From Desulfobulbaceae bacterium UBA5121 (GTDB taxonomy: Bacteria; Desulfobacterota; Desulfobulbia; Desulfobulbales; UBA5123), in NCBI GenBank assembly GCA_002414225.1, contig DHYV01000019.1:54907-118906 (forward strand): a stretch of 64,000 nt of DNA. Reading direction: 5' to 3'. A model generated the notes under the pieces. That model was not told where the DNA came from, did not search any database, and saw nothing but the letters and a program-made list of their open reading frames with translations. Positions 13,514 to 23,000 of this stretch are shown here, piece by piece. Within the stretch, counting starts at the first letter, position 1, and every line of letters begins with the position of its first letter. A program made the translations under genes and the position numbers.

Positions 13514-13717
13514 ATGGCTGAAGGTACGGTAAAATGGTTTAACGATGGCAAGGGTTTTGGGTTTATTGCCCAGGAAAATGGTCCGGACGTGTTTGTGCAC
13601 TTCTCTGCTATTCAGGGTGAGGGCTTCAAGTCCCTTGCCGAGGGCGAGCGGGTCCAGTTCGATGTGGTTGACGGCGCCAAAGGCCCCCAGGCTTCAAATG
13701 TCGTTAAGCTTTCCTAA
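13514..13717 (+). CDS. cspA: cold-shock protein (CspA family)
   Basis: 67 aa with [12 protein letters not shown] (RNP1) and VFVHFSAI (RNP2). Confidence 0.95.
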   Translation: MAEGTVKWFNDGKGFGFIAQENGPDVFVHFSAIQGEGFKSLAEGERVQFDVVDGAKGPQASNVVKLS

Positions 13718-13759
13718 TCTACGTAACTGAATCGTAAAGATTAGCAGGCTGCAAGCTCC

Positions 13760-13794
13760 AACGCCCCGCGGTTTTCCGCGGGGCGTTTTTTTTT
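13760..13794 (+). terminator. rho-independent terminator after csp
   Basis: aacgccccgcgg-tttt-ccgcggggcgtt followed by a T-run. Confidence 0.8.
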
Positions 13795-14004
13795 GCGTGC
13801 GCCCGGCACGTTCCCTTGGCGGTGCAAGTCCTCTCCTCGCCCGGCAACCCGGCAAGGTGAAGAGCTAGTTAAACGGCGGGCATGCGCAGACTCCGGGGGT
13901 GTTGCGGGTCCGGTTTCCTTCGAGACCTTGGTGCCCTGCTGGTCGTGGCGGAAAAGGCGCGGGGGATTGCTCCCGCCGGCCGGTCGCAGGCGGAGAGCAG
14001 AAGC

Positions 14005-14048
14005 AAAAAAAAGGCAGAGCCCGTCATGACGGGCTCTGCCTTTTTTTT
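14005..14048. terminator. bidirectional terminator-like perfect palindrome
   Basis: A8, then ggcagagcccgtca/tgacgggctctgcc, then T8. Confidence 0.6.
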
Positions 14049-14060
14049 GCGTTGCAGCCA

Positions 14061-14088
14061 CCGCCCGCCCCTACTGAGGGGCGGGCGG
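14061..14088 (-). terminator. GC hairpin just downstream of the cytochrome operon stop
   Basis: ccgcccgcccc-tactga-ggggcgggcgg, 23 nt after the stop at 14112. It has no U-run of its own but is followed (minus sense) by the 14005-14048 element. Confidence 0.4.
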
Positions 14089-14111
14089 CAGAAGTCACGC
14101 GGATGAACTGT

Positions 14112-15011
14112 TTACTTCTTTTCTTCTTTTTTGTCTTCCTTCTTGCGCTTCACCGGCAGGTTGTGCACGTCGAGATGGCAATCGAGGCAGCGCGGGGTCC
14201 GCTTGTGCAGAGCCTCGCCGTGCGGATGGCCATGGCACATCGTACACTCGGGGATCTGGCCGTGCTTGAGATGACAGCGGGCGCAGTTCACCGTGCCGTG
14301 CTTGCTCGGGGTGTGCGACCACTTGTCGTATTCTTCGGCGTGGCAGGCCTGGCAGGTGTTGACCTTGGTGTCAGCGCCATGGAACATGATCTGCAGCGGC
14401 TTGTGCGGATTATGGCAGGTCTTGCAATCCTCGAAGGTCTGGCCCGGGATGTGCGGCTCATGGCACTTGAAGCAGGTCGGGATCACCCCGTGCTTGTCGG
14501 TGTCATGGCAGGCCCGGCAGCCCTGCTTGGTATGCTTGCTGGGGAACTTGGTCAGCATATCGTTTTCAGCGGTGTGGCAGTTGCCGCAGTTGGCCTCAAG
14601 GTGCTTGGTGACCGGTACGTTGCGCGGCGTATGCGGGTTGGCGTGACAGGTCAAGCAATCCGTGAACTTGTCACCATGCGGCGGGGTCAAGTGGCAGTTC
14701 TTGCACTTGGGCATGATGTCGTCGTAGTTCTTCTTGCGCGGATTGTAGGCGTGGAAAACCTTGTGACAGTTCTGGCAGGCAAACTGATGGTGGCGGCCAT
14801 CGTCCTGCAGGTTCTTGAACTGCTTCACATGGCACTGTCCGCACTGTACCGGTAGCAACGGTGTCGGCGTCTCCTTGTACAGTTCGGGGGTGTGGGGGAT
14901 CTTCACCGTCTCTGCGCTAGCCGAGCCGGCCATGAGCGCCACGCAGACGACCGCCAGCAGCAGCCCGGGCGCGAACAACATCCTTCTAAAGATAGTCTGT
15001 TTTGATTTCAT
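14112..15011 (-). CDS. periplasmic dodecaheme c-type cytochrome
   Basis: 299 aa. Signal peptide ending SASAET. Twelve CxxCH motifs counted (CGQCH ... CLDCH), spaced as three four-heme modules. Lys/Glu-rich C-terminal tail. Confidence 0.9.
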   Translation of the reverse strand: MKSKQTIFRRMLFAPGLLLAVVCVALMAGSASAETVKIPHTPELYKETPTPLLPVQCGQCHVKQFKNLQDDGRHHQFACQNCHKVFHAYNPRKKNYDDIMPKCKNCHLTPPHGDKFTDCLTCHANPHTPRNVPVTKHLEANCGNCHTAENDMLTKFPSKHTKQGCRACHDTDKHGVIPTCFKCHEPHIPGQTFEDCKTCHNPHKPLQIMFHGADTKVNTCQACHAEEYDKWSHTPSKHGTVNCARCHLKHGQIPECTMCHGHPHGEALHKRTPRCLDCHLDVHNLPVKRKKEDKKEEKK

Positions 15012-15031
15012 CTCTCTATCCTATGTCCCTT

Positions 15032-15859
15032 CTATTTAATGATGTCATGGGCGATGTTGTGGCAGTGACCGCATTTCGGGAACTTCTTGTGGATTTTCTC
15101 GGGATGCGGCAGGCCATGGCAGTCCTGACACTGGGGCACGGTCTTGTGCTTCTTGGGGTGACAGAAGGCACAGGCAAAGGTCTTGTGTTTAGCGTTGCTT
15201 GCCCGCAGCTGGGTCAGCTCTTGTTCGTGGCAGGCGCCACAGAACTTGGAGTCGATGTTGTCGGGATAAGTCACCATCAGCGGTTTGTGCGGATCGTGGC
15301 AGGTGAGGCAATCCGACTGCTTCTGGCCGTCCAGATGCGGCGAATGGCAATGCTGGCATTGCGGGATGAAACCATGTTTCTCGCGGTGACAGGTGCTGCA
15401 GGCCACTTTGGTGGTATGCTTGCTGGGATACTTCTGCAGCTTCTCATACTCCTCGGTGTGGCAGGTCAAACAGGGTTTGGTGATGTTGTCGGGCAGGGTG
15501 ATGACCAACGGGGTATGGGGATTGTTGTGACACTGCAGACACTCGTTTGCCGGGGTCTTGGGGTCGTCCAAAGTGAAATGGGCACGATCCTGCGGATGGT
15601 GGCACTTGCTGCACTTGGGAATATTATCCGCAACCCTGGGTGGATGGCCCACGTGGCAGTCGACACAGGTTACCTTGGTCTTGTGCTTCTGGCCATTGGC
15701 CTCAATGGCGCGGGGCTCTTTGTCGTGGCATTTGATACAGTCGTCGACGCCCAACGCAGGCGCGGCCAACGCTTGCCCGGCCAGGCCGGATGCCGCCAAG
15801 AAGGCAGTCATCCCCAGGAGACATGCAAGCTTTTTGAATCTTTTCCTTTGAGTAGCCAT
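15032..15859 (-). CDS. periplasmic dodecaheme c-type cytochrome (tandem paralogue)
   Basis: 275 aa. AGGAGGAGGA RBS, signal peptide, and twelve CxxCH motifs (CIKCH ... CGHCH) with the same three-by-four module pattern. 20-nt gap to the next cytochrome gene. Confidence 0.9.
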   Translation of the reverse strand: MATQRKRFKKLACLLGMTAFLAASGLAGQALAAPALGVDDCIKCHDKEPRAIEANGQKHKTKVTCVDCHVGHPPRVADNIPKCSKCHHPQDRAHFTLDDPKTPANECLQCHNNPHTPLVITLPDNITKPCLTCHTEEYEKLQKYPSKHTTKVACSTCHREKHGFIPQCQHCHSPHLDGQKQSDCLTCHDPHKPLMVTYPDNIDSKFCGACHEQELTQLRASNAKHKTFACAFCHPKKHKTVPQCQDCHGLPHPEKIHKKFPKCGHCHNIAHDIIK

Positions 15860-15921
15860 TCCTCCTCCTTTCTCCTCAAATAATAGCTGTTAATGCATGG
15901 AACTTAGGCAAATTGCTGAAT

Positions 15922-15949
15922 AGTGATCTTTTGGTGCCCGAGGATCACT
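15922..15949. promoter_or_regulatory. inverted repeat AGTGATC-N14-GATCACT upstream of the cytochrome operon (candidate operator)
   Basis: Perfect 7-bp arms at 15922-15928 and 15943-15949, in the AT-rich spacer about 65-90 nt upstream of the 15859 start codon. Confidence 0.35.
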
Positions 15950-16204
15950 AAAATTTTCCAATTTATCGAAATACTGTGGATGAAGCCACCAGTGCAATAG
16001 GCTATCCATTTATTTATCGATAAGCAAGCTTAGGGTGGAAAAGCCCTAAAAGTATCTAATCGCCTAGCATAAAACGTTTTCTAAAATGAATCGCGATTCA
16101 GCGCCAGTAAAAAATGCTTTCCGAGGAAAATTTTTTGTTCGGCAGATGCTCAATAGGCCCCAGGGCATCTGATGCCAATATGCCGTTAGCGCGCGGCCGC
16201 CGGC

Positions 16205-18670
16205 TCAGGATGGCGCGCCGGCAGGGCTTTCCGTTTCGGCCATGATCGCCTCCAGCTCGGCGCCGTCGACGATCTCTCGGGTGATGAGCACCTGGGCGAG
16301 CCGTTCGATCCTGGCCCAGTGACGGTTGACCAGTTCATCGGCCCGGCTGGTTGCCTCGGCGATCCACTGGCGCACCCGTTCCTCCACCGTCTGTTGGAAG
16401 AGCTGCCGGTTGACGTTCTGGCAAAGGGTGTCGGCCTGGACATTCCCCAGCTGGTCGTCCATGCCCAGGGTGGCCACTGCCATGTAGGCTTGGTGGCTGG
16501 CGAGTTCCAGATCGTTGGCGGCGCCCGAGTCCAGACCGCGGGATCCGAACTGCTTGATGTTGGCGGCACGGCCGGCCAGCAGCACGCAGATATTGTTGAA
16601 GACCTCCTCCTTGGTGACGTTGCCGATGAAGTCGTCGGTGGAGTAGGCGGTAAAACCAAGAGTCTGGAGGCGAGGGGCGATGGTGACCTGCTCGATCTTG
16701 ATCTCGGGCAGCAGGAGGTAAGAGAGCACGGCGTGTCCAGCCTCGTGGTAGGCGGTGACCTTGAGATCCTCCTCCAGGTTGCGGATTTGCTTCTTTTCCA
16801 CCTTGCTGCCGTATTTTATGTTGTTGATCTGTTCGATGAGGATCGCCTCGGTGATGCAGTCAAGCCCCTGCCGGATGGCGGAGAGCGCCGCCTCCTTGCC
16901 GATGCGCTGCAGGTCGTAACAACTCATTCCCGACAGGTAGCGCACCACCTTGTCGACGTCGATTTTGCCGTCGTTGGGTTTTTCAAGGATCTTGTCGATG
17001 AAGAAGCGTCGCGCCTCCCGATCGAGTTCCGGCACCTCAAGGAAGATGTCGATACGCCCCGGCGCGAGCAGGGCTGGCCCGATGTCCTCGCGGGCGTTGG
17101 CGGTGGCCACGGTGAAAACGAACTCGCCGGGCTCGGCGGCCACGGCATCGATCTCCATCACCAGCGGGTCCACCGGCACCGGGGTCACCACCCCTTCCAC
17201 CAGGCCCTTGACATCTACCCCGTCGAGGAAGACGATGCTTGGCGCGTACTCGCGCGCCTTGCGATAGGCGGCGCGCAGGTAGCTCGGGTTGAACAGCTCT
17301 GCCCGCGGCACATGGATATACGGCAGCTCCGCCTCGTGGGCAAACGCCTTGCCGAGCATGGTCTTGCCTACCCCGGGCGGGCCGGAGAGGAGCACCCCCT
17401 TGGGCATGTCGATGGCGAACCGCTTGACCTCCGCCGCGGCGTGCAGGATGGTGATGATCTCCCGGAGATCTTGCTTGATGGTGGTGTTGCCGGCGATATC
17501 CGCAAAGCCCAGTTCCGAATAAGCGATGCGCGGTCCGTCTTCGCGAAGCCATTCGCCGGCCGGCTTCAGTTGCCGCACCGTGGCCGCGTCCACCGTAAAG
17601 GTCAGCCGGCCGGCGCGGCGGTGGTGGTGCCAGGCAAGCTCCACGGTTTCGTTTCTCTTGAAGAGGCGGCGGAGGAGGTCGCCGTTTTCGCGCCGGAGTT
17701 CGGCAAGGGCGGCTGCGGCGGCCGGGGCAACGGTAAAGGTAATCCGTTCCGGAGTTTGTCCGTACTCACGGACCCAGGTGGTGATCTTGTCGAGGATGGC
17801 GTCGGGGAGTTTTTGCCGTACCCGGCGCATGTTGACCATGGGCCCGAGGGAGAGGGTGAGCAGCCGGACCAGTGAAGCGAATTTTGCGAATCGCAGTTCG
17901 ATGCCGCTCTTGGTCGAGAAATGTTCCGCCAGCCGGGCAAGGGACTCACCGCCCACCCTGAGCATGGAATCGAGGCTCAACGGCGTGAAGAGGACCACGT
18001 AGCTTCGGGACATGGTGGCGAGAAGCTTGGGAGCAATGGCGTTCTGGATCACATCATAGAGAACCTTTTTCTCGGCGGCCAGCGCCTCCATGAGCAGGCC
18101 CTGGGCGCGGGGCCGGTTGGCGGCGAAGTCCTGCAAGAACTCCTTGCTCTGGTAAAGGGAGCTGCCCATGGTGGAGGTGAAGATCACCACCAGGCCGGAG
18201 CAGTCCGGGTCGTTTTCGCCGCCCCGCCGGGTGAGCAGATCAAGCAGGGAGAGCTGGAGTTTGTTGTCCGCCTTGTCGATGCTGTCGAACACCACCACCC
18301 CGTTGGGGTTGTTGCGGATGAACTGAACCAGCTCTCCGTCCGGAACCCCCTCGTAGCCGCCCGAAACCCCGAAAAGGCGGCTGCCCTCTTCCAGGTCGCA
18401 GTACTGTTCCATGTCGAAGATCTTGATTCCCTGCAGGCCGTCGGTACACTCGGCCATGGCCTGGGCCAGAAAACATTTTCCCACCCCGCTGGGACCGAGG
18501 AAGGTGAAAAGGGCTCGCGGCGGGGCTTCCAGGGGCTTGTACGCCATATGGATGAAGGCGTCGGCCACGGCGTCCACCGCCTGGTCCTGATCGTAAACAA
18601 TGCCCTTGAGTTCTTGGCGCAGCGCCTCAAGCGCGATGAAAATGTTGGTTTCGGAATGCTTTCCTTTCAA
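16205..18670 (-). CDS. soluble double-AAA+ / M41 (FtsH-like) metallopeptidase fusion protein
   Basis: 821 aa with no TM segment. Module 1 is ClpB-D2-like (GPSGVGK, VVVFDSIDKA). Module 2 is FtsH-like (GPPGVGKT, IVFLDGVD, PGRID). The M41 peptidase has HEAGH (16733-16747) and GAANDLE. Confidence 0.9.
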   Translation of the reverse strand: MKGKHSETNIFIALEALRQELKGIVYDQDQAVDAVADAFIHMAYKPLEAPPRALFTFLGPSGVGKCFLAQAMAECTDGLQGIKIFDMEQYCDLEEGSRLFGVSGGYEGVPDGELVQFIRNNPNGVVVFDSIDKADNKLQLSLLDLLTRRGGENDPDCSGLVVIFTSTMGSSLYQSKEFLQDFAANRPRAQGLLMEALAAEKKVLYDVIQNAIAPKLLATMSRSYVVLFTPLSLDSMLRVGGESLARLAEHFSTKSGIELRFAKFASLVRLLTLSLGPMVNMRRVRQKLPDAILDKITTWVREYGQTPERITFTVAPAAAAALAELRRENGDLLRRLFKRNETVELAWHHHRRAGRLTFTVDAATVRQLKPAGEWLREDGPRIAYSELGFADIAGNTTIKQDLREIITILHAAAEVKRFAIDMPKGVLLSGPPGVGKTMLGKAFAHEAELPYIHVPRAELFNPSYLRAAYRKAREYAPSIVFLDGVDVKGLVEGVVTPVPVDPLVMEIDAVAAEPGEFVFTVATANAREDIGPALLAPGRIDIFLEVPELDREARRFFIDKILEKPNDGKIDVDKVVRYLSGMSCYDLQRIGKEAALSAIRQGLDCITEAILIEQINNIKYGSKVEKKQIRNLEEDLKVTAYHEAGHAVLSYLLLPEIKIEQVTIAPRLQTLGFTAYSTDDFIGNVTKEEVFNNICVLLAGRAANIKQFGSRGLDSGAANDLELASHQAYMAVATLGMDDQLGNVQADTLCQNVNRQLFQQTVEERVRQWIAEATSRADELVNRHWARIERLAQVLITREIVDGAELEAIMAETESPAGAPS

Positions 18671-18706
18671 TCCCTCTTCTCCCTCTGCTGTGTTTGAATT
18701 GCCGGG

Positions 18707-19450
18707 TCACTCGCCGGGCCAGCGGAGTTCAACGGTGCCGGCAGCTTCGCTGGTGGTGACCCCGTAGCCGCCCAAGAGCTTAAAGAGCGGTCGGCCGAAC
18801 ACGAAGAACTCCACCGCTGGCGGCAGCCCGAACTCCGTCAGGGCATGATGGCGCACCGCCAGGTCACGGCGAACCAAATCGACGAGAGCGGCGCGGTGCC
18901 GGGATTCATCCGGCTTCTGCCGCCAGTCCGCCACCGCCTCGGCCACCGCCTCGGCCGGGCATTGCTGGTCGTGAAGGGCGATCAGCTCGAGCACCGGATC
19001 ATTGGGGTTGAGCAGGTCGCGTCTGGTGATGGTGTCTTGTTCCACGACCGCCAGCAGCGCTTCCGGTGCCCAACATTTGAGGAGTCGGCACTCCAGGGGC
19101 CGGTGAGCATAGATGGCACAACGCGCGGTCTTGGGTTGAAAAAAAAGGCAGACCCATTCCCGGCCGTGGCCGTTTATCTTCACCAGTTCGCGACGGGTGG
19201 GCTCCAGGCGGCCATCGACTGGACTAAACGCTGGCTCGCCACGGCGAAGGGTCATCAGCTGGTGGTGGCTGAAATGGCCCTGCCGGATCAGCTCCAGGTC
19301 GTCACGGTGCAGGGCTGGGCCGCCCTTGCGGCAACAGGTGCCGCACTGGCGGCAGTGGGTTTGTGCGGTGGTCACGGTTTCCTCGCTGCAAAAAAATTCA
19401 TGCCGCGCCCAGGCCGCGCACGGCTCGGGCGACAGAAAGCTGGGTTCCAT
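18707..19450 (-). CDS. YkgJ-type cysteine-cluster (CxxCxxCC) protein
   Basis: CRQCGTCCRKGGP motif plus C..C...C further on. The start is taken at ATG 19450 (MEPSFLS...); the track ORF extends 46 codons upstream with Arg/Pro-rich text. 36-nt gap to the AAA-peptidase gene. Confidence 0.75.
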   Translation of the reverse strand: MEPSFLSPEPCAAWARHEFFCSEETVTTAQTHCRQCGTCCRKGGPALHRDDLELIRQGHFSHHQLMTLRRGEPAFSPVDGRLEPTRRELVKINGHGREWVCLFFQPKTARCAIYAHRPLECRLLKCWAPEALLAVVEQDTITRRDLLNPNDPVLELIALHDQQCPAEAVAEAVADWRQKPDESRHRAALVDLVRRDLAVRHHALTEFGLPPAVEFFVFGRPLFKLLGGYGVTTSEAAGTVELRWPGE

Positions 19451-19704
19451 TATACGCAATACGGCGCGGTTTGATAAGCGTTCCGTTGGGGGGCGCGATA
19501 GGTCATTGGCAAACCGCCAAGAGCCTTTTTTATCGCAACGGGCGCGTGGCGTTGGTGTTTTTTTAGTTGGATGTAAACAGAATGCCAATTGACGCCGCGA
19601 TTCCGGATCATGAAGATGAAAGGTAACGGTAACTAGTGTTTATCCGAAGGGAATGGCGTTGGTGGCTGGGTGCGTGGGGGGATGAACATGTCCCGTGGGG
19701 CGGG

Positions 19705-19712
19705 CCCCCCCC
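19705..19712. repeat. C8 homopolymer tract (intergenic)
   Basis: ggggcggg-cccccccc read directly. A T7G7 tract follows at 19742-19755. Confidence 0.6.
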
Positions 19713-20002
19713 TGCGCTACCCTAACAGGCGCTGTGTTTTCTTTTTTTGGGGGGGCCGGACTGCCAGCGTGCGAAAGGGCTGTTTTCTGGTAGGTGCTGC
19801 TCATGGTCCGGCTTTGTGGTCAGGCCAAGGATCGGTAGAGCTGTAGTGCGCCTGCCGCGCTTTCAGCTGGCGGCCATCGCGGTCACGTGGGGGCGCGTGC
19901 ATCGAAAGAGGGCATGGCGTAGCTCTGGCGCTGCGCCGTTGCGTCTGGTTTTGGGGAAGAGGGGCACCGACCGTTGGCTGCCGCCTGCCACAAGGGGTTG
20001 GG

Positions 20003-23000
20003 ATGATAAAAAAGTTAATCGATTCAAATATCCGCACCTATCTACTTGTTTTTCTGGTTTCGCAATGTCTGTTGGTCGGTTTTCTGTTCTACGACAAGCA
20101 GGAGGAGCGAAATCTTTACCATCGGGATGTCATCACCCGGGTTGAATCGGATTTGGGAGGCGTTCTCTTTTCCTACGGCCAAATTTCCAGGGTTGTTTTC
20201 GGCGAGGCATTCAACCGGCCGGAAATCACCGACATTCTTCGGCGAGCCTATCGCGCCGATGCCGCTACCCAGGCGCAACTCAGGCAAGATCTGTACCGAA
20301 AGCTGCTTCCAACCTACCAGCGGTTGCAGGAGAACGGAGTTTTTCAGGTCCAGTTCCATTTCCCCAACGGTATCTCATTTCTGCGGATGCAGCGGCCGGA
20401 GGAGTTCGGTGACGCTTTGTTTCCGGTTCGGGCAAGCGTGCGAATAGCCAATACGGAAAAACGGGATGTGCAAGGCTTTGAAGAAGGGCGTCACTACCAC
20501 GCCTTTCGCTTTGTCTTTCCCTTGTTCAGCCAGGAGGGGAGCCACGTCGGCAGTGTCGAAACCTGCGTGCCGTTTGTCAGTGTCCAGCAAGCTCTGAGCC
20601 GTTCCTATCCCGCCGAATACTTCTTCATGCTCAAACAAGAAGTGGTTGGCCGCAAACTGCTGGTTTCCCGAAGGGATAACTACGAGTTTTCCGACCTGAA
20701 CGGCGACTATCTGCGGGGGAAAAACGATGTCGCCAACCCACCCGACCATCGTCAGCACCTCTCCAACGCCATTTTGCTGAAGATCGACCGGGCCATCAAG
20801 TCCAGCAGATTTACCCGCAAACTCGCTGCCGAGGAGCCCTTTGTCGTCAGCTGTTCGGTGGGGGGCGAGAGTTTCCTTGCCGTATTCGTCCCGGTATCCA
20901 ACGTAGAGGGGCAGGCGGTGGGCTATCTTTACTCCTATGCCCCGGACGCCGCCGCGGCCGCCATCCACAAGGGCTATCTTCTTTCCTACGCTCTGGTGAC
21001 GCTGCTCAGCCTGCTGCTCCTCTGCTCGCATCGCCTCTTTGCCGAAAAGGTCCGCGAGCGGTTGTATTTTCAACAGGCGCTTCTCGACTCCCTCCCCACC
21101 CCGGTTTTTTACAAGGATACCGAGGGGCGGTACCTCGGCTGCAACAAGGCCCATGCCGAATTGCTCGGCGTCGCGCCGGATCATTTGGTGGGCAGGCAGG
21201 CCCACGACGTCTATCTCAAGGAGCAGAGCGAGTGCCATCGGCAGCGGGAGCAGGAACTCCTCGCTACCGGCGGCATCGATCAGTACGAAACCGCGTACCA
21301 GGAAGCGGGCGGCCCCGGGCAGCACCTCGTGGTCTACAAAACGCCCATTGCCGCTGAAAACGGGGCTGTGGTCGGCCTCATCGGCTCGGTATTCAATGTC
21401 ACCGAATTGAAGCAGGTGGAGCAGGAAAAAGAGGCTATCCGCCGCCACCTCCTTCTCATTCTCGATTCCGCCGGAGAAGGCATCTTCGGCCTGGACAGCG
21501 AGGGGCGGGTGACCTTCTGCAACAAGGCGGCGGAGAAAATGCTGGGCTGGAAAGCCGAAGAGTTGCTGGGCAGGCGGCAGCATGAGTGTGTCCACGGCCT
21601 GCGGCGGGATGATTCCGGCCACCCGGATGGGGAGTGTCCCGCCGCCAAGTGCCTCGGCAACGGCCAACAGATGACCGTCTGCGACGAGGTTTACTGGCGC
21701 AAGGACGGCTCGTCGTTTCTTGTGGAGTACGCTACCGCACCGATTTTGGACGAGTCAGAGCGGATTTCGGGGGGGGTGATCATCTTCCGTGACATAACCC
21801 AGCGGCGTCAGGCTGAAGAGGCCCTGCGCGAGCGGGAGGCGCAGTACCGGCGGATCTTCAACTCCACCACCGACGCCCTGCTGGTTTTCGATGCCCGGGG
21901 AAGAATCGTCGAGGTCAACCGCCAGGCATGCATCATGTACGGCTATGCCTATGAGCAGTTCATCGACCGCTCGCGGCCGGATATCTTTCCGTCAGGATTC
22001 CACGGCGAGGTGTCACGCTTCATGGCGCCCAGCGGCGGCCGGCATGGCCAGCAGCTGGAGGTGGAGGGAATCAAAAGCGATGGCCGCCGCTTCCCCATCG
22101 AGGTGCGGGGAGCGGGCTTCGAGATGAAGGGATCTCCTCATTTTCTCGCCGTTATCCGCGATATCAGTGAAAGGCGCCGGGTCGAAGAGGCCTTGCGGCT
22201 GGCCATGGAGGGGGCCGAGGCGGCCAATCGCGCCAAGAGCGCCTTTTTGGCCAACATGAGTCACGAAATCCGCACCCCGATGAACGCCATCATCGGCATG
22301 AACCGCCTGGCCCTGCATACCGAACTGACCATGGAGCAACACCGCTACCTGAAAACCGTGCAGGATGCCGCCAACGGCCTCCTGGGACTGCTCAACGACA
22401 TCCTTGACCTCTCCAAGATCGAGGCCGGACAACTTGCCATGGAGCAGCTTCCCTTTGATCTGCGTGCCACCATGGAGTCTGCCGTGAAGACCCTGGCGAT
22501 CCGCGGTCATGAAAAAAATCTGGAAATCCTCTGCTCGCTTCCCCGGCATGTGCCCCGGGGGCTGATCGGCGACCAGATGCGGCTCAAGCAGATCCTTCTT
22601 AACCTGCTCGGCAATGCGGTGAAGTTCACGGAAAGCGGTTCCGTCGCGCTTTACTGCGAGGTGGCAAGCAGCGGCCGGGGTGAAGAGGATCGCGTCACCC
22701 TGCACTTCCGAGTCGTTGACAGCGGCATCGGGGTGTCGGCGGACAAGCAGCAGTTCATCTTCGACGATTTCACCCAGGCCGACTCCACTATCGCCCGGGC
22801 CCAGGGGGGGACCGGGCTCGGCTTGGCCATCTCGAAGAAACTCTGTGAGATGATGGGGGGGATGATCTGGCTTGAGAGTGCGCCAGGGGAGGGAAGCGTT
22901 TTTCATTTCACCGCCTCTTTCGCCAGGGGAGTGGTGAAACCCGAGCCCTGCTTCGCTTTGCCGACGGGCTGGCCTCCAGGGCAGCAGAAGTCGGTGCTGC

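Noticed and set aside
13899-15883. 318-aa and 293-aa plus-strand ORFs (13899..14855, 15002..15883) opposite the cytochrome genes
   Set aside because: They are generated by the repetitive codon pattern of the CxxCH-rich genes. The products are Ala/Val/Gly/Leu strings without motifs. The minus-strand products have signal peptides and 12 CxxCH each.
15900-15960. Sigma54-type promoter upstream of the cytochrome operon (GGGCAC-N5-GATC on the minus strand)
   Set aside because: The -12 element TTGC is missing and the -24 element is GGGCAC rather than TGGCAC. This is not sufficient.
16319-17875. 518-aa ORF antisense to the AAA-peptidase gene
   Set aside because: Low-complexity Gly/Asp/Val/Leu shadow. 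The minus strand carries Walker and HEXXH motifs.
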